Positions 1 to 9,395 are shown, counted from the first letter of the stretch. The stretch: DNA of 46,731 nt from an uncultured Gammaproteobacteria bacterium (GCA_964424615.1 CAYRIU010000020.1:1-46731); one strand, 5' to 3'. Notes: generated from the sequence alone by a model not told the origin. A program made the numbers and translations.

Positions 1-648
1 GAACTTTTGGCTGATCCAAAAATCAAAGACAATGTCTTTGTCTTGGGCTATGTCAATCAAAAAGACTATACCCGCCTGATGGGCTCAGCGAGTGCTTTTG
101 TTTTTCCTTCAAACTTTGAAGGATTTGGTATACCACTACTAGAGGCTATGGCCTGTAGTGTGCCTATTATTTGCTCTGATTTGCCAGTCCTACACGAAGT
201 AGCCGGCGAGTGTGCAATATACTTTGATCCAAGTAATACTACTGATATAGCAGAAAAGATAAACTATATAGTCAATCATCCAGAAATCAGAGCCCAGCTA
301 GCCCAGTCTGGCCTAGCCAGAGTAAAAAGATTTTCTTGGGCTAAATGTGCTAGGGAGAGTTTGGAGTATATTGTTGGTTGTTCTGCTGACACGAAATTGC
401 TTGAAGTTCGAGTTTTTGATGAAGCTAGTAAAAAGACGGTTTATACAACCCAAACCGTCAAGGCAGAGAAAAAAGGCGAATCAAACTGCCCACATTGTGC
501 CATAGGGCACGATGCCAATAAGAGTAAAATTTGGAGTTTCAGCGAAATGGACGCTGACCATGTAACGGCTTGGAACAAGGGTGGCGCGACTGCAGCTAAG
601 AACTACCAGATGCTTTGCAAGACTCACAATAGAGCAAAAGGTAATTGA
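1..648 (+). CDS. GT4 (GT-B fold) glycosyltransferase, C-terminal half, 5'-truncated by the window edge and fused in frame to an HNH-nuclease-like tail
   Basis: The ORF is open at nt 1. FVFPSNFEGFGIPLLEAMACSVPII...RFSWAKCARESLEYIV is the conserved GT4 C-terminal region and is paralogous to the C-termini of the ORFs at 5702 and 6938. After about nt 370 the protein reads NCPHC...DADHVTAWNKGGAT..NYQMLCKTHNRAKGN, an HNH/His-Me finger signature. Confidence 0.8.
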   Translation, partial: ELLADPKIKDNVFVLGYVNQKDYTRLMGSASAFVFPSNFEGFGIPLLEAMACSVPIICSDLPVLHEVAGECAIYFDPSNTTDIAEKINYIVNHPEIRAQLAQSGLARVKRFSWAKCARESLEYIVGCSADTKLLEVRVFDEASKKTVYTTQTVKAEKKGESNCPHCAIGHDANKSKIWSFSEMDADHVTAWNKGGATAAKNYQMLCKTHNRAKGN

Positions 649-684
649 TAAATAGAGTAGCCGAACTAAATCTGGGATACAATT

Positions 685-2490
685 ATGTTTGAGAAATTGT
701 CAAAATTTAAAACATACTTCTCATCTAAAATAATTTTAGTTGGAATTAGTTTCTTAATAGGTTTTATTTTAGGCTATATACTTGGATTTTTAAAGATTAA
801 CGCCCTTTTCTCGTTTCCTAAAATCGCAATCCATTTTGAATGGTTAAATAATTTAACAGGTAATCCAATCTGGAAAACTCATTCCTCATACAATTTAGGT
901 GTTGCAATCACAGCTATTGCCATAGTTGTTGCATTCATAGAATTTATATCAAACAGACGGGAGTTAAAATTTAGTTTGAATTATAGAAAAAGAAAAGTTG
1001 CTCTATGGCTTGCTGTTTCAAGTATCGCTTTAGTATTTTTTGGAGAACTAGACGGGTTGTTTCTTGGATATCCGTTTATTTTTGAGATTAGCGGGGCAGT
1101 GCTGATGTTCGTCGCTATAGCGATTTATTTATATGTGATATTAAGTCCACTCAAGCGACTAAGTAAAAAACAAATTTTCATTTTGAAGGATGTTTTAGCA
1201 GGGACACTATTTAATTTTCATTTAGATAAAGCACAAACTATACGGGGTTGTATAGAATTATTTGATAATCTCCTTAGCCTCTCTTTAAACGATAAAGATG
1301 TACAAAGAATCTTTAGGAATGATTTTTCTAGTGATGTTTTTCTCAAATACTTCTCTGAGTCCTATTTTGTTTTCGGGCGTAGTATAGATTTTTATAGTGA
1401 GAAGAAAAAGCAAGGCGAATTCGATTTGTCTCACATAGAATTTTTTCTAAAGCGGCTAATGGTTAAATCGCTTGAGAATAGCGACTCATTTTTAAATATG
1501 TTTATAGGAGAAAAGATTTACCCGAATGGTTTGTTTTGTCTTGATGACGTAATGGTAAAAGATAAAAATGGTTCACTGCTGCGAGTTTTGTTTGGAGAGT
1601 ATAGGTTTAATGGTTTAACCAATATTGGTCAGTTAAACTACATTTCTCTAGTGACCAGATATTTCAGATTGATATATCAGGAAAATAATCACGTTAGTTT
1701 GAAAGATGGTTATCAGAAAAACTACGAACTTAATGATGAATTGATTAGTATTTTCTTTAAGGAAATTGGAGAGTTTATTGAATCATGCTACGACCAAAAG
1801 CAATTAGAAATGCTAATAGATCGCGTCGAGGGGTTTGGCTGGTATTATACATGGGGTGTTAGAACAAGGGATAAAAGCGAAAATGTTAGAAAAAATACAG
1901 GAGTATTTTTATATAATCTTTTCTATAATTCCATCAGTAAATACAAGATTGAAAATGAAGAGATATTTAGACTGAAAGTATATCAGTTGTATGATTACTT
2001 TCTGGAAATACAGGAAAATGGATTTGAAACAAACATCGCTTATACCACTTTTGTTGAAAAACTAAAAGAAAAAATTCTTGGTGGAGGAGAAGGGATAAAC
2101 GGTGCCATGCCAAACTACAAAGGTTATTTTCCCGCAATGATTTTAGTTTATTTTTTTATGTTTGGTTTTTACGCTTTCTCTGAAAAGCAAAATGAGGCAC
2201 AGGCAAAGGACCTGCATATACCTATTTTTTCAAAATTGGCTGAGGCTTTCCCTAGGTTGTATCAGGGTTTTAAGCAAGAATTTTATGACGCGGAGACGCT
2301 ACCGGAAGGAAAAAAGGAATTACTTGAAAAACAGGGTCGTGAAATTTTAGACAAATTTTTAAAAAAGAATATAGTTTATAATTTTGAAGAAAATTCACTG
2401 TCGTATTATTACAGCGGAAATGTTAACAGTGCGAAAATATTTCTAAATGATGTTAAAACAAATCAAAAAATAGAACCAAAGAAATTGTAA
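685..2490 (+). CDS. Hypothetical integral membrane protein (601 aa), no recognisable family
   Basis: Long uninterrupted ORF. The N-terminal ~165 aa hold several hydrophobic helices (IILVGISFLIGFILGYILGFL, AITAIAIVVAFIEFI, VALWLAVSSIALVFFG, ISGAVLMFVAIAIYLYVIL), followed by a ~430-aa mostly helical soluble region. It is visibly more AT-rich than its neighbours. Confidence 0.6.
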   Translation: MFEKLSKFKTYFSSKIILVGISFLIGFILGYILGFLKINALFSFPKIAIHFEWLNNLTGNPIWKTHSSYNLGVAITAIAIVVAFIEFISNRRELKFSLNYRKRKVALWLAVSSIALVFFGELDGLFLGYPFIFEISGAVLMFVAIAIYLYVILSPLKRLSKKQIFILKDVLAGTLFNFHLDKAQTIRGCIELFDNLLSLSLNDKDVQRIFRNDFSSDVFLKYFSESYFVFGRSIDFYSEKKKQGEFDLSHIEFFLKRLMVKSLENSDSFLNMFIGEKIYPNGLFCLDDVMVKDKNGSLLRVLFGEYRFNGLTNIGQLNYISLVTRYFRLIYQENNHVSLKDGYQKNYELNDELISIFFKEIGEFIESCYDQKQLEMLIDRVEGFGWYYTWGVRTRDKSENVRKNTGVFLYNLFYNSISKYKIENEEIFRLKVYQLYDYFLEIQENGFETNIAYTTFVEKLKEKILGGGEGINGAMPNYKGYFPAMILVYFFMFGFYAFSEKQNEAQAKDLHIPIFSKLAEAFPRLYQGFKQEFYDAETLPEGKKELLEKQGREILDKFLKKNIVYNFEENSLSYYYSGNVNSAKIFLNDVKTNQKIEPKKL

Positions 2491-2636
2491 TATTTACCAT
2501 ACGATCAAAAAATATAATCTAATTAAAAGAATGATAAAATATTTTTCATTTTTGAAAACTGCTGGAAAAAATACTTTTGACACACAAAATGTTTTGATTT
2601 TAAAAAGTGAACAAGCGTTAAATGCTATCCGACTTA

Positions 2637-2665
2637 TTGACAAAAATTAACTTTTATTGTATTAT
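2637..2665 (+). promoter_or_regulatory. Sigma-70-type promoter of rnpB
   Basis: TTGACA (2637-2642), a 17-nt spacer, then TATTAT (2660-2665). The RNase P RNA P1 stem starts about 6 nt downstream. Confidence 0.7.
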
Positions 2666-2670
2666 ATTGT

Positions 2671-3131
2671 GGTCTAAATAATCCAGATGATCGCCGTCCT
2701 GCTTGCAGGAGGGAGGAAAGTCCGAACACCATTGGTCACGTTTGACGTGACGGGTAGTTGGTAACCCCAACTGGCTCTGGAGTGATCTAGAGTCAAGACA
2801 AGTGCAACAGAAAATATTCCTTTATCCATAGCTTCGGCTGTGGATGATAAGGGTGAAATTGTCAGATAATTAGTTGACACGTTAGCTTGGTGACAAGCTA
2901 AATGAGGTAAACTCTACTCGGTGAAAGGTTAAATAGGTCACGTCTGACGTGACGGGTAAACCGCTTGAGCCCATGAGCAATCATGGACCTAGATAGATGA
3001 TCATCACTCGACTCGCTTCGCTCGCTCGTGATAAGTCCTTCATTTCTATAGTTTGTAGAAAAGGGACCTGTCCTGAGCGAGGCCGAAGGCCGAGTCGAAG
3101 GACAGAATTCGGCTTATAAGATTGTTTAGAC
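2671..3131 (+). ncRNA. rnpB: RNase P RNA, bacterial type A
   Basis: Universal conserved regions are present: GAGGAAAGTCCGAAC (CR-I), AGTGCAACAGAAAAT, AAGGGTGAAATTG, GGTAAACC and ACAGAATTCGGCTTATAAG (CR-V). The P1 stem pairs ggtctaaataatc (2671-2683) with gattgtttagac (3120-3131). GC-rich against an AT-rich background and flanked by a promoter and a terminator. Confidence 0.93.
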
Positions 3132-3136
3132 TTTTG

Positions 3137-3164
3137 AAAAATGGTTGCTAATCAACCATTTTTT
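3137..3164 (+). terminator. Intrinsic terminator after rnpB
   Basis: An 11-bp stem pairs aaaaatggttg with caaccattttt around a 5-nt loop and runs into a T tract. Confidence 0.7.
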
Positions 3165-3225
3165 GATAACTATAAATGGGTTTACTAATTCAATGAATCT
3201 TGTTATTATAAAGTAAGTAAAAACT

Positions 3226-4617
3226 ATGAAAAAAGCTGATTTTATTATAAATGTTGCCCTAGTGCCGATTGACTACATCACAGTTGTTTTGGCGGCTATT
3301 TCTGCTTATTATATTCGTTTTTCGGCTGGGGTTATTCAGATTCGTCCAGCAAATTTTGAATTAGTTTTTGTAGAGTATTTTCATATTATTTTGCAGATTG
3401 CATTGCTAGCTATTTTAGTTTTTAGCTTTAGTGGTTTTTATGCTATGCGTCCCAAAAAAATGGCCAATGAATTACCACGTATTATTTCTGGTGTTTCTAC
3501 TACGGTCATTTTTTTGATTTTAGCTATTTTCTTTCAGCGAGAATTATTTTCTTCTAGATTTATCATCATCACTGCTTGGGTGCTAGCTATTGTCTATCTA
3601 CTTTTGGTCAGGATTATCATCATCTTGACCAAGAATTATTTTTTCAAAAAAGGACAAGGATTGTCACCGGTGATTATCATTGGTCGAGCCACTGATACAG
3701 ATATCATCAGACAGGCTTATGAGCAAAACAAAACTCTAGGCTACAAGATAGTCGCTCAATACGATAGCTTGCATGAGCTCAAGGCCCCAGCAGACTACAA
3801 ATCTTTTATCAAAGAAAAAAATATTGAATATATCATCCAGACCGATTCATCGATGGGTAAAGATGAGGCTCTAGATTTGCTGACTTTTTGCCAAGAGAAT
3901 CACATCAATCTCAAATATGTCGCCAATCTATTCCAAGCACAGAGCTTGAATCTGGAGCTCAATAGTATTTTGGGCTTGCCACTGATAGAGATCAGAGGCA
4001 CACCCCTGGATGGCTGGCGTCGTGTTTACAAAAGATTTTTTGATTTTTGCTTGGCTATTTTTTTCTTGATTGTCTTATCTCCACTTTTGTTTGTCATTGC
4101 TGTGATGGTGATGTTTAGCTCACCTGGTCCTATTTTGGTACAGCTCAAACGCGTTGGTCAAAAAGGCCGCTTGTTCAAGATGTACAAATTTCGTTCTATG
4201 GTCAAAGACGCTCATCTTTTGAAAGAGGATATGAAGACTCTCAACGAAAGAAATGATGGTCCACTTTTCAAGATGAAAAATGATCCACGAGTCACCAGCT
4301 TTGGTAAGTTTTTGAGACGCACTAGTCTTGATGAATTGCCTCAATTGTTCAATGTTTTAAAAGGGGAAATGAGCTTGGTCGGACCACGTCCGCATGAGCC
4401 AGAGGAAGTATCACAGTATCAAAAAGGCTATCGCAAACTTTTGACTATCAAGCCAGGTATCACTGGCATGGCCCAGGTATCTGGTCGTTCCAATCTTTTG
4501 TTTAGCGAGGAGGCCAAACTAGATATATTTTATATTGAAAATTGGTCGGTATTATTGGATTTGATTATTTTATTAAAAACTCCAAAAGCCCTTTTTAAAA
4601 AAGATGAAGCTTGTTAA
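3226..4617 (+). CDS. Undecaprenyl-phosphate sugar phosphotransferase (WbaP/CpsE-type initiating bacterial sugar transferase)
   Basis: N-terminal TM helices. The C-terminal Bac_transf signature is present: KRFFDFCLAIFFLIVLSPLLFVIAVMV...GPILVQLKRVGQKGRLFKMYKFRSM...DGPLFKMKNDPRVTSFGKFLRRTSLDELPQLFNVLKGEMSLVGPRP. Confidence 0.9.
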   Translation: MKKADFIINVALVPIDYITVVLAAISAYYIRFSAGVIQIRPANFELVFVEYFHIILQIALLAILVFSFSGFYAMRPKKMANELPRIISGVSTTVIFLILAIFFQRELFSSRFIIITAWVLAIVYLLLVRIIIILTKNYFFKKGQGLSPVIIIGRATDTDIIRQAYEQNKTLGYKIVAQYDSLHELKAPADYKSFIKEKNIEYIIQTDSSMGKDEALDLLTFCQENHINLKYVANLFQAQSLNLELNSILGLPLIEIRGTPLDGWRRVYKRFFDFCLAIFFLIVLSPLLFVIAVMVMFSSPGPILVQLKRVGQKGRLFKMYKFRSMVKDAHLLKEDMKTLNERNDGPLFKMKNDPRVTSFGKFLRRTSLDELPQLFNVLKGEMSLVGPRPHEPEEVSQYQKGYRKLLTIKPGITGMAQVSGRSNLLFSEEAKLDIFYIENWSVLLDLIILLKTPKALFKKDEAC

Positions 4618-5698
4618 TAAAAAAATATCTTTAGCTCATGATCATTTGTTTCAGATGGGTGGAGCAGAGAGAGTGCTAGCTACTTTGGCTAATATTTTTC
4701 CTGCAGCGCCAATCTATACTCTAGTCAATGTCAAAAAAATCACCGCCAAATTTTTATCACAAGATCGGATATTTACTTCTGTTTTACAAAACATTCCATA
4801 CAAAACCAACTTTTTCAAATATTGTTTACCATTGATGCCAAAAGTTTGGGAAAATACCAAAATAGAGAATGTTGATTTGTTATTGAGTTCTTGTTCTGGC
4901 TTGGTCAAGGGCATCTCTACAGGACCAGATGTCAGGCATATTTGCTATTGTTATGCACCGACTAGATATCTTTGGGAAGACAAAGAAGAGTATTTGGACA
5001 AGTTGCCAGAGGGTAGATTATTGAAAATACTGTGGCCAGGACTAATAGACAAATTAAAAAAATGGGATTTTGAAAAAGCCCAAGGAGTAGATCATTTTAT
5101 CACTATTTCACAGCATATTGCCGACAAGATTGCCAAGCAATACCAGCGCCAAGCTCAGGTCATATATCCGCCAGTAAAAGTCAGTGATTTTAAAATCAGC
5201 CAAGAGGTGGGGGGTTATTATCTGATAGTCAGTCGTCTGCGTCCATACAAGAGAGTGGATCTGGCTATCAAGGCTTTTAATAATCTGAAATTACCTTTGA
5301 AAATTATCGGTACTGGCTCAGAATTGTCCAAATTAAAAAAAATAGCTAATAATAATATAGAATTTTTGGGTGAGCTAAATGATGAAAAAAGAAATTATTA
5401 TTTATCTCATTGCAAAGCTTTTATCTACCCACAGATTGAGGATTTTGGTATTAGTGCTGTAGAGGCTATGGCTTCTGGACGTCCAGTGATTGCCCTCAGG
5501 GCTGGTGGAGCTCTAGAGACTGTGGCAGATGGTATATCCGGTGTCTTCTTTGATGAACAAACTTGGGAATCACTAGCGCATTGTATTTTGCGCTTTGATG
5601 AAAAAAAATTTGATCCCCAGGCAGTACGTGCTCAAGCTATGAAATTTGACGAAAGTGTTTTTGTGAATCGTCTTATAGAATATATTAATAATTCATAA
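4604..5698 (+). CDS. GT4 glycosyltransferase
   Basis: LAHDHLFQMGGAERVLATLA at the N-terminus. The C-terminal segment is ...YPQIEDFGISAVEAMASGRPVIALRAGGALETV. It overlaps the stop of the upstream gene, suggesting operon coupling. Confidence 0.85.
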   Translation: MKLVNKKISLAHDHLFQMGGAERVLATLANIFPAAPIYTLVNVKKITAKFLSQDRIFTSVLQNIPYKTNFFKYCLPLMPKVWENTKIENVDLLLSSCSGLVKGISTGPDVRHICYCYAPTRYLWEDKEEYLDKLPEGRLLKILWPGLIDKLKKWDFEKAQGVDHFITISQHIADKIAKQYQRQAQVIYPPVKVSDFKISQEVGGYYLIVSRLRPYKRVDLAIKAFNNLKLPLKIIGTGSELSKLKKIANNNIEFLGELNDEKRNYYLSHCKAFIYPQIEDFGISAVEAMASGRPVIALRAGGALETVADGISGVFFDEQTWESLAHCILRFDEKKFDPQAVRAQAMKFDESVFVNRLIEYINNS

Positions 5699-5701
5699 TT
5701 C

Positions 5702-6832
5702 ATGAAAGTAGCTGTCGACATTCGATCTATTGGTTCTGGTAATATGACTGGAGTGGGTCATTATCTTTTTAATTCCTTGACTCATCTGATAGATCAAGAT
5801 GACCAGGTGTCATGGCAGCTAGTCAATACCGGTCTCAAGACCAATCGTCAGGATTTTTTGACACAGCCCAATGTCAGCTACAAACATCTCAATCTACCAA
5901 ACAAGCTGATCAATGCAGCTAGCTTGGTGTCCAAGGGGCCATCTATAGTCGATGTCTTGGATAGTGATGTGGACTTGTTGTGGCTACCCAATATCAATTT
6001 TTTTATCAACAAAAAAAATAAACCATTTGTTTTGACGGTGCATGATTTATCATTTTTGCATAGTCATTCGTTTTATTCTCTCAAAAGAAAGATTTGGCAT
6101 AATTTGGTTGGTGTCAAAAAGCTCATCAATCAAGCCAGTGCTTTGATTGCTGTTTCTGAAAATACCAAGCGGGATATTGTGAGATTTTTTTCTACTACCG
6201 AAGACAAAATTTTTGTGGTCTATCCTGGTGTGGATTATCAAAAAATCAGCACTGATGAAGCCAAAAAAATCACTGCCCATCTTGATTTGCCTAGCAAGTT
6301 TTTTCTATTTGTCGGTACTTTGGAGCCCAGAAAAAATGTCTTAGGGCTGATCAAGGCTTTTGATTTGTTGCATGCCCAGTATCCAGACTACAGTCTGGTG
6401 CTACTTGGTGGTCGAGGATGGATGTATAGTGGCCTGATGAAAGAAATTCAAAAAAGATCATATATCAAATATTTGGGCTACCAAAAAAATCCTACCAAAG
6501 ACGCCATCTATCAGCTGAGCTATGCTTTTATTTGGCCGTCATTTTATGAGGGTTTTGGTTTTCCGCCCTTAGAAGCTATGGCTCACAAAAAACCAGTCAT
6601 TGCTAGCTACAAGACTTCTCTGCCAGAGATTTTGAAAAACAATGCTATCTACATAGATCCTTACAATGTGTCTGACATGTATCAGGCCATGAAATCACTG
6701 ATAGATGATCAGCATTTATATTTATCTTTGATCACAGAAAATAGTAGGATTCTCGACTGGGGTCAGCAAAGTAAAGAGATATTAAATATTTTTCAAAATA
6801 TTGTAGAGAAAAATAATCTATCAAAACAATGA
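5702..6832 (+). CDS. GT4 glycosyltransferase (mannosyltransferase-like)
   Basis: FLFVGTLEPRKNVLGLIKAF...FIWPSFYEGFGFPPLEAMAHKKPVIAS shows the GT4 EX7E region. Confidence 0.85.
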   Translation: MKVAVDIRSIGSGNMTGVGHYLFNSLTHLIDQDDQVSWQLVNTGLKTNRQDFLTQPNVSYKHLNLPNKLINAASLVSKGPSIVDVLDSDVDLLWLPNINFFINKKNKPFVLTVHDLSFLHSHSFYSLKRKIWHNLVGVKKLINQASALIAVSENTKRDIVRFFSTTEDKIFVVYPGVDYQKISTDEAKKITAHLDLPSKFFLFVGTLEPRKNVLGLIKAFDLLHAQYPDYSLVLLGGRGWMYSGLMKEIQKRSYIKYLGYQKNPTKDAIYQLSYAFIWPSFYEGFGFPPLEAMAHKKPVIASYKTSLPEILKNNAIYIDPYNVSDMYQAMKSLIDDQHLYLSLITENSRILDWGQQSKEILNIFQNIVEKNNLSKQ

Positions 6833-6939
6833 ATCCAGTTAGAAATTAACGAAAAATAATATATAGTATAAGTATTAGTTGTATGTTAAAATTTTACTTT
6901 AAGTATAAAAAATTTAATTATTTAAATTTCTAACTGGAT
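6833..6939. repeat. 15-bp perfect inverted repeat bracketing an AT-rich 77-nt spacer between two GT4 genes
   Basis: atccagttagaaatt (6833-6847) is the exact reverse complement of aatttctaactggat (6925-6939). The left arm abuts the upstream stop codon (6830-6832) and the right arm covers the first two bases of the downstream start codon (6938-6940). Confidence 0.8.
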
Positions 6940-8047
6940 GAAAATAGTTTTAGATTTTAGGATTTTTGGTCCCCAGAGGGGAGGATTGGGGCGATATAAT
7001 GAAAAATTGCTACTCAATTTAGCTAGCTTGGATTCAGTGAATCAATATGTAGTTTTGTTGTACGATGATCAGCATAAACTGAATTTGCCCAAAAATTTTC
7101 AAATTAAAATAGTCAAATATCGTTGGTATAGTTTAGCTGAACAGATTTTTTTGCCTTTTATTTTGTATAGATTAAAACCAGACTTGGTTCATTTTCCTCA
7201 TTTCAATGTGCCGTTATTTTATCGTGGCAGGTATATTATTACTATACATGATTTGATCATGTCGCATTTTCCTAGTATCAGGACCAGTACTTTGAATCGG
7301 GCTACTTTTTTTATCAAACGCTTGGCTTACAATATCACTATCAAAAATGCTATAGCTCAAGCAGAAAAAATAATTGCTGTTTCTGATTTTACCAAGCAAG
7401 ATATAGTAAAATATTTTAATTTGACTGACGAACAGGCGCAGTCTATCTCTGTGATTTATGAGGGAGTATCAGCTTCGGCTATGGGAGAGACAGTAGCAGA
7501 AAAATTACCAGAAAAGTTTTTTTTATATGTCGGTGTTGCCTACCCTCACAAAAATTTAGAATTTTTAGTTGATAGTTTTGTAGAGTTTCAAAAAATATAT
7601 CCTGATTATTATTTGATTTTGATTGGCAGTAGAAATTATTTTTACGATCAATTAGAAAATTATATCAAATCACATTATCCTACTCTACAAGCCAAGATAC
7701 TTTACAAGGGTTTTGTGCCAGATATTGAGCTAGGTGCTTATTTTTCACAAGCTACAGCCTTTGTTTTCCCGTCTCTATATGAGGGTTTTGGCTTGCCACC
7801 ACTAGAAGCTATGCAGCATGGCACAGTCGTCATATCTAGTCGTAGTAGCTGTTTGCCAGAGATATTGCAAGACGCAGCTTTATTTTTTGATCCTACTGAC
7901 CAGCAAGATTTGGTCAACAAACTGGAGATTATCATCAAAAATCCAGAATTAAAAAATAAGCTCATCAGCAAAGGACAGCTACTAGTCACCCAATATAGCT
8001 GGGAAAACATGGCCAAGGAAATTATGAATATTTATGCCAAAAATTAG
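6938..8047 (+). CDS. GT4 glycosyltransferase
   Basis: FLYVGVAYPHKNLEFLV...FVFPSLYEGFGLPPLEAMQHGTVVISS...YSWENMAKEI. It is a paralogue of the ORFs at 5702 and 1-648. Confidence 0.85.
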   Translation: MKIVLDFRIFGPQRGGLGRYNEKLLLNLASLDSVNQYVVLLYDDQHKLNLPKNFQIKIVKYRWYSLAEQIFLPFILYRLKPDLVHFPHFNVPLFYRGRYIITIHDLIMSHFPSIRTSTLNRATFFIKRLAYNITIKNAIAQAEKIIAVSDFTKQDIVKYFNLTDEQAQSISVIYEGVSASAMGETVAEKLPEKFFLYVGVAYPHKNLEFLVDSFVEFQKIYPDYYLILIGSRNYFYDQLENYIKSHYPTLQAKILYKGFVPDIELGAYFSQATAFVFPSLYEGFGLPPLEAMQHGTVVISSRSSCLPEILQDAALFFDPTDQQDLVNKLEIIIKNPELKNKLISKGQLLVTQYSWENMAKEIMNIYAKN

Positions 8048-9395
8048 AAGTTTTATAAGATTAGCCGTCAGATACTCACCTTATGTTGTGCTGATATTTT
8101 TTTTATTTGTTGGCATTTATCTTCGTTTACATAATGCCATCAATTATAGTACATTTTGGGCTGACGATGGTGGCGGGCATGTGAAATATATGGAAACTAT
8201 TTACTATGAACATCGCTTGCCAACATTTAATGAAACTTATTTAGCTTGGCACGAACCTTTGTATTATGTCTTACTTTTTCCTTGGCAAAAAATAGGCTTA
8301 CTACTTGGTCTTTTTGGTGTGCATTGGGCTGCTTCTTTAAATATCTTAATTTATGCCTTATTTTTATTTTTAGTATGGAAGCTTAGCCGTCTTTTTTCTA
8401 AAAGCTCTTTAGTCAGCATTATCAATGTTAGTTTATTTTCAGTTTTATTTATCGGAGTAAAACTCAGCGCCTATATTAATAATGAACTTTTGGCTCAGAC
8501 ATATATCCTATTTTTGATTTATTTTTTTATAAAGCTTGATTTACTCGCTGAGCATAAATTAAAAAAAGTATTTTTTTGGTCTATATTGCTAGCTATAGGT
8601 TTGTGGATCAAGCTGACTATTTATATAGTATTACTTTCAGTTTTATTATTTTATACTATTAATATTTGGCAGAGAAAATATCTGTGGCGATATATTTTAC
8701 TCATTGTGATTATTCCTGTGGCTTTGAATATCCCATGGCTACTTTACAAAAAAAATAATTTTAACGCTTATTTTACTATCAATATTTATGATGCCAAGCC
8801 TCGACAAAATATCCTGACTAGCGATGCTTGGAAATATATTTTTACTATCAATACAAATATTTTTACAGACTATCCCTACTGGTACAAATTACCTCATTCA
8901 TATTTTTCTATACTTTTGAGTGATTCTTTTGGTGATTATTATAATTTGTTCAACAATAATATCAAAATAGGAGCACTAGCAGAGGAAGATAGGATATTGG
9001 TCGGCAATGGTCGCTACACGACACCAGCTCATTGGCGCTCACTACTCAATACCAATAGACTTGGTTTAGGATTTTTTATCATCTGGTGCATTGGTTTTAT
9101 TGCTTTTATATTTTCGGTATTAAAGAAAAAAATACCATTTAATAATTATTTTATATTGTGGTTGATAGTTTTATTAGCTGGTTGGGGAGCTTCAATTTTT
9201 CATAATTTAAGATTACCATATTTAGAAGCTGGTGTTTTGAAGGGACATTTTATTTATTATACCTATCCTTTGTTTACTATTTTGGCTTATTTTGGCTTAG
9301 AAAAAATTATCAATAATAAAATAATACTTAGTTTAATATTCTTTCTACCACTGATTATATACGTCATTTTGGGGTGGAGGATATTAATGGTCTAA
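8034..9395 (+). CDS. GT-C-type polytopic membrane glycosyltransferase (ArnT/PMT-like)
   Basis: About 12 predicted TM helices. An N-terminal loop reads YSTFWADDGGGHVKYME...LAWHEPLYY, typical of GT-C (GT39/GT83-like) enzymes. It lies inside the glycan cluster. Confidence 0.6.
   Translation: MPKIRSFIRLAVRYSPYVVLIFFLFVGIYLRLHNAINYSTFWADDGGGHVKYMETIYYEHRLPTFNETYLAWHEPLYYVLLFPWQKIGLLLGLFGVHWAASLNILIYALFLFLVWKLSRLFSKSSLVSIINVSLFSVLFIGVKLSAYINNELLAQTYILFLIYFFIKLDLLAEHKLKKVFFWSILLAIGLWIKLTIYIVLLSVLLFYTINIWQRKYLWRYILLIVIIPVALNIPWLLYKKNNFNAYFTINIYDAKPRQNILTSDAWKYIFTINTNIFTDYPYWYKLPHSYFSILLSDSFGDYYNLFNNNIKIGALAEEDRILVGNGRYTTPAHWRSLLNTNRLGLGFFIIWCIGFIAFIFSVLKKKIPFNNYFILWLIVLLAGWGASIFHNLRLPYLEAGVLKGHFIYYTYPLFTILAYFGLEKIINNKIILSLIFFLPLIIYVILGWRILMV

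Noticed and set aside
2531-2650. 39-aa + strand ORF (MIKYFSFLKTAGKNTFDTQNVLILKSEQALNAIRLIDKN) between the 601-aa gene and rnpB
   Set aside because: It overlaps the rnpB -35 box and has no SD or promoter of its own. It is short and sits in AT-rich DNA. It could be a gene remnant, but I cannot support it.
2674-2880. 68-aa minus-strand ORF from the track
   Set aside because: It lies entirely inside the RNase P RNA gene. It has no start context and is a by-product of the GC-rich RNA sequence.
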